Shown here piece by piece: positions 58,755 to 64,000 of a stretch of 64,000 bases of DNA. Position numbers and translations under genes: made by a program. The DNA is taken from the NCBI RefSeq assembly GCF_006345805.1, contig NC_043012.1, positions 18,476,001-18,540,000 on the forward strand, in the 5' to 3' direction. Each line of letters opens with the position of its first letter. The stretch's first letter is position 1. The notes under the pieces were generated by a model. The model was not told where the DNA came from. It did no database searches and worked only from the letters and a program-made list of their open reading frames with translations. This stretch comes from Octopus sinensis. Lineage: Eukaryota.

Positions 58755-59322
58755 TACATATATATTCACATGCATATATATATATATATATATAGATGTA
58801 TAGATATATGCCGAAACAAATATTTATATGCTCTGGAAACATGTATTTGTACAACGATACAGACACAATCAAAAATCCATATATACACACATAAAAATCT
58901 ATCTATCTACCTATCTATCTAATTATCTGTCTATCTTTCTATCTACCGATAGACATGTATATGTATATATATAATGATGATAATTGCTTCATCTTGAGAG
59001 ATGATAGCCATCCCATCAACACGCACACCACACCCCTGTCACTCAGCACAATCATTCCGTTAAAACCTTAAATGACTTTAAGGAGTTTAAAACACAAGTG
59101 ATAGATATTATTCAACTCTTTTAAACAGCTTTGCCCTTTGGAATCTGTTTCTCAAGGAATATTTTTGTGGACTAGCTTGTCTTTTAAGTCAAGATATTTT
59201 CTTGAAAGTTTTTTGTCATACGACACAAGTCGTAAGAAGCAGTTCGTGTCCGAGATCATTACCTATTTGGGCATTACAATTCTCATGTGATTTCATATGA
59301 TTCACACACACACCCAAACACA

Positions 59323-59381
<59 letters not shown>

Positions 59382-59939
59382 GTATATACACAGACATGTA
59401 CAATTTTATAAATTTATAAATTTAAGGTCGTGAAGGAAGCAATCAACATTGTTTAAACCGAACCTCCGTCGTCAGGAAAGTAATGTTCTTACATTTCAGA
59501 TCATAATGCCGAGAAGTTCAACAGTGGAATGGTTAAAGGACTGCATATTTAATGTCCTACGTCAACTAACATTACGGTGGCTTTCCGAGCGGCCAGAATA
59601 AGATACTTGATTTAACACCTTACTACCTCCCCATGAATTTACTTTGTCGTTCGTACTCTGGATAAGCTGCATTTGGTAATATAAATATATATATATATAT
59701 TCTTCAATACTCCTCTTTTGAAAGACTCCACGCTTCTTACTTTTGTTTTGCATTTATACACTTGCACACACGCACATACACACACACGCACACATATACA
59801 AACACCCACGCACAAAACATATATATTGTAATTCATACCGAAGCTGTTGTTTTTTATATATTTTATTTGTATATCCGCATAATTTCCTCTCTCCCTTTCT
59901 CTCTCGGTTCCTCTTTCTTCTGGCCATTTCATCATGCTG

Positions 59940-60105
59940 AACCCTTAATCCTCACACATTTTTTCTCTCCCCGTTTTCTTTTTATCTAAAACCTATCTGT
60001 AGAAGAGCGTAGGCTCCTAACTGCACACACTTTTCCTTTCTTCCCGATCGTTAAACTAATATAACTAGTTGTTGTTCCTTCAACTATCTTTTGTTTTCTG
60101 AAAAT
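59940..60105 (+). mobile_element. Penelope-like terminal module, decayed
   Basis: ctgtagaagagcgtaggctc...cgttaaactaatata, same family as 15215-15300. Confidence 0.5.
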
Positions 60106-60219
60106 TTGAATCAAATATATATGTTTGTGTATTTCTGTATATGTATCTATATATGCACACAGACGCACACACGACCTCATTCGCACAAACGCAATCACAA
60201 AGAAATTTGTATATATATA

Positions 60220-60356
<137 letters not shown>

Positions 60357-60934
60357 TATCGACAATACATTCTCATCGAGTAGAAAAGATTATTTGCCAA
60401 TATGCTGCTACTTGCCGGAAATTACTCAAACGCCGGGTGTTTAAATATCTAAAAATCATGGACAGGCGAAACAACACTGCCCAGAAATTTGTCAGCAGTG
60501 ACGGAAACTGATGTTTCGCTATTTCTGTGGCTTATCAATATCAGGCACTAAGAGTGAATCAAACGACCAGTCCACTGTTTATATGCATAAATGTGAAACT
60601 CTGTGATTGTTGGTCCGGTAAATACATACGTAAGAATAAATATGAAATACAAGCAGCAGTAGTGTAATAAAACTTTATCGACATGATAATATTGTTGATT
60701 GCATAGGGACTTTGTAAACTTTCCAGAGAGATTGAAATATTTCTGATTTGAATCTATAACTCGAAGCACGCACGCATAAAGCTATGAGCAATAACACGTA
60801 CGCATTGCCTCATTTACAGCTTTACATTAAGGCATCGCGATGCACTATATAAACAAGATTTTCAGATATGTAACATCCCTTAGGTGTATTTTACACTTAG
60901 ATAAATCGTTATATATATATGGGAATTAGCTCAC

Positions 60935-61057
60935 CTTGATGGGTGTACGTTTAAAAGAACTTGGCTTTATAATCATATGGATTGGTTCGACATGCACACC
61001 ATCTTCAAATATCTTTGGAATTTTCTTCCTGTTGCGATCGTATGGAATGAGTAGCAG
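60935..61057 (-). CDS. Candidate internal exon LLLIPYDRNRKKIPKIFEDGVHVEPIHMIIKPSSFKRTPIK (phase 0 to 0)
   Basis: Branch-like ctaac followed by acceptor gagttcAG, donor AAG|GTGAGC, 123 nt with only one open frame. Confidence 0.45.
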
Positions 61058-61161
61058 CTGAACTCAATGCACAGTTAGTATCACTTAAACGCATTGAAAA
61101 AGACTACGTGCATACCTAAATACGTATATACACAAACTCACGTTCACATTCAAACACACAC

Positions 61162-61204
<43 letters not shown>

Positions 61205-61774
61205 ATATATATATAATATTATATATATATATACATACATACATACATACATACATACATACATACATACATACACACATACATACATAGCTGCATACAT
61301 ACACACATGTGTATACAGAATGCGCTAGACATAGAGAAGAAGTGTGTGACGGACACAGAGGCAGATAGACAGACAAATAGATAGAGAAACAGATATATTG
61401 AATGGGTATACAGGTACATACACATGAAGAGTTGAGACCTAAGTTACATTGCATTCTTATATATCATACGAGTAGTAATGAAAAGCTTCTGGTTTTTAGA
61501 AAAAGAAATACAAGTGAAACAGTTAAACATGATTTAATTCAACATACGTCCCTCTCACACTCTCACACATCTTTCAGTTTTTCTAAGACCTGTAAAAGAA
61601 TTCAAAAGGTTGGGACGCCAAGCAGGCCTTTCACGATACTCTTAAAGATAGGAACTTTTCAGTATGGCTTAGTGCATTTTCTGCAGCATTATATCTCAAA
61701 AAATTAGAAACTTGTTGTGCAGTGCAACATTTTCTAACGCACATGTATGTACGTGTGTATATATGTTCTTTTAT

Positions 61775-62172
61775 TCGTCTATTCTTTTTTGATTCAGTTA
61801 TTTGATTTAGGCCATGCTCGAGCACCGCATTCAGTCGAACAAATCGCCCCCCAGCTCTTATTTTTTGTAAGCCCAGTACTTATTATATCGATTTACTATT
61901 GCCGAACCGCTAGATTACGGGGACAAGCACAGGCACACAACTCCCCACATACACACACACACACATACACACACGCACACACACACACACTTATATATAT
62001 AGACGACAAGCTTCTTTCAGTTTCCGCCTACCAAATTCACTCACAAGGATTTCGTGGAACGGAAATTATAGTAAAAGGCACTTGCCCAAGGTGCCACGCA
62101 GTAGGACCGAACCCGGAAGAATGAGGTTGGTAATCAAGCTACTTGGTAATCAAGTTACACACCCTTGCGCCT
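61775..62172 (-). mobile_element. Family B SINE, diverged
   Basis: ggccatgctcgagcaccgc tail and cttgcccaaggtgccacgcag core. Confidence 0.8.
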
Positions 62173-62182
62173 ATATATATAT

Positions 62183-62226
<44 letters not shown>

Positions 62227-62260
62227 TACATACATATATGCATGTATTTATATGTATATG

Positions 62261-62308
<48 letters not shown>

Positions 62309-62525
62309 TATAACAATGATAAATATCAAAGTGAGTTATATACAGTAGCGGTAACACATCGTGACGTATTTTTGCCATTTCAATATGGCTAACCCCTAAG
62401 GGTGGATGCTACTGTAGTTTTTAGCCCCAGGAGGACACACTCCTCCAGCTGGCCATAGACACACTATCTGTGTCCTGTCAGTATTTGCAAAGGGAAGTCA
62501 TCCTTCCCGTCTTCAACTTATGATA

Positions 62526-62570
62526 CACACGGACTCGAGTTTCGAGGTATTGACCTCTCGTCAGCGTGTG
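62526..62570 (-). ncRNA. Type I hammerhead ribozyme, copy 1
   Basis: 5'-CACACG CUGACGA GAGG UCAAUA CCUC GAAAC UCGA GUC/CGUGUG-3': full core, 6-bp stem I, 4-bp stem II with G10.1-C11.1, palindromic stem III, GUC site cleaving between 62532 and 62531. Confidence 0.92.
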
Positions 62571-62878
62571 ACAATCATAGTTGTCGCCGAGAATTAGATT
62601 TCCTTCACAAATACTTATACTTTTTCCAGCGTCCACTGTCGCTGATATTGAAAAAGTGAAATCAAACAATGATAAATATCAAAGTGAGTTATATACAGTA
62701 GCGGTAACACATCGTGACGTATTTTTGCCATTTCAATATGGCTAACCCCTAAGGGTGGATGCTACTGTAGTTTTTAGCCCCAGGAGGACACACTCCTCCA
62801 GCTAGCCATAGACACACTATCTGTGTCCTGTCAGTATTTGCAAAGGGAAGTCATCCTTCCCGTCTTCAACTTATGATA

Positions 62879-62923
62879 CACACGGACTCGAGTTTCGAGG
62901 TATTGACCTCTCGTCAGCGTGTG
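62879..62923 (-). ncRNA. Type I hammerhead ribozyme, copy 2
   Basis: Identical 45-nt sequence 353 bp away; cleavage predicted between 62885 and 62884. Confidence 0.92.
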
Positions 62924-63787
62924 ACAATCATAGTTGTCGTCGAGAATTAGATTTCCTTCACAAATACTTATACTTTTTCCAGAACTTTTGTATAAATATC
63001 TAAATGAATATGTACGTGTGTGTGTGTAATTATATATATATATATATATAGTTATATGTATATATACAAATATATATATTTACTTGCGTATATGTATATA
63101 CATGTATATATGTAGATACACATATACAATTATCTATGTGCGTGAGCGTACGTCTTTGCTGTGTGTATGTATATTTGTAAACATACATACCCATTTATAC
63201 GTATGTGTGTGTGTGTGTCTTAAGTGTATATCTATATATGGACAAGTTTTCCAGCCAGCACGATTCCTGTTTGCGTGATAAACAAATAACGGCTAACAAA
63301 AATATCAAGATATGACGTAAGAATATAAGAATGATTAATGATTTCACCTCGATGAAATCAATATGAACAGTTTTATCTCCCTTTCCTTTGGAGCCATTTC
63401 AATATACGTTATTGATATTTTTTTACACATTTACTTTTACATATTTTGCTTTTTGCACTTTTTCTTTGTTCAATTAATCTTGGTTATTAATTTTTGTCTC
63501 CATTTCACATTCTATTGATTGATACTTTGTTCAATGTCACTATATACATTTTTATATTTTATTGACAATTTGTATTAGTTTCTTCATATTTTTATGTATA
63601 TTCAGGAAATTTATTGCTTTTGCCCAGAGTGATATCAAACTTTAACATTCCTTGTGTAATATGTCTTATTATTTTTTTGTTTGTGTCTTATTTTGATGTT
63701 TAATTCTAGATAGATCACTACTGCTAGCCGTAATATTTCCGAATCTTAAACTTTCTGAAGAACCTGTCTTGATATGACCACCGTATA

Positions 63788-63820
<33 letters not shown>

Positions 63821-63870
63821 ATTATATATATATATATACACATATGCATAGATAGATAGATAGATACATG

Positions 63871-63906
<36 letters not shown>

Positions 63907-64000
63907 TACAAAGATACACACATATATGTTTATGCATATATATATATGGGTGTGTATGCATATATATATTTATGAATGTGCGAGCCAATAAATATATTGT

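Larger units (their letters stand above)
62312..62982 (-). mobile_element. Retrozyme-like / non-autonomous Penelope-type tandem repeat, 353-bp unit, ~1.9 copies
   Basis: 62312 and 62665 begin the same sequence; two substitutions seen between units; one hammerhead per unit; no credible ORF; (TA)n at the 3' flank. Confidence 0.85.

Noticed and set aside
59450-59480. Minus-strand CTGACGAcggaggttcggtttaaac
   Set aside because: No GAAA and no convincing stem II; at most a heavily decayed module
62478-62669. 63-aa minus-strand ORF over the hammerhead
   Set aside because: Short, no recognisable motif, and its start lies in the unit junction; the sequence is better explained by RNA structure

Overview
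AT-rich eukaryotic DNA crowded with (TA)n, (CA)n, (TATC)n and (AAT)n microsatellites. The repeat content points to an octopus-type cephalopod genome; this is an inference from the SINE and LINE motifs, not a database result. Most ORFs in the supplied track are microsatellite artefacts. Supported content: three tRNA-derived SINE families, several R4/Dong-like LINE fragments, Tc1/mariner and Merlin transposase remnants, Penelope-like terminal repeats, a MITE, and local tandem and inverted duplications. A possible long-intron gene lies on the minus strand, with 4 phase-compatible candidate exons and no recognised homologue. The strongest finding is a near-perfect 353-bp tandem repeat at 62312-62982. 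Each unit carries a complete type I hammerhead ribozyme on the minus strand, which is the architecture of a retrozyme or non-autonomous Penelope-type element able to release a 353-nt self-cleaved, possibly circular RNA. Coordinates of decayed repeats are approximate.
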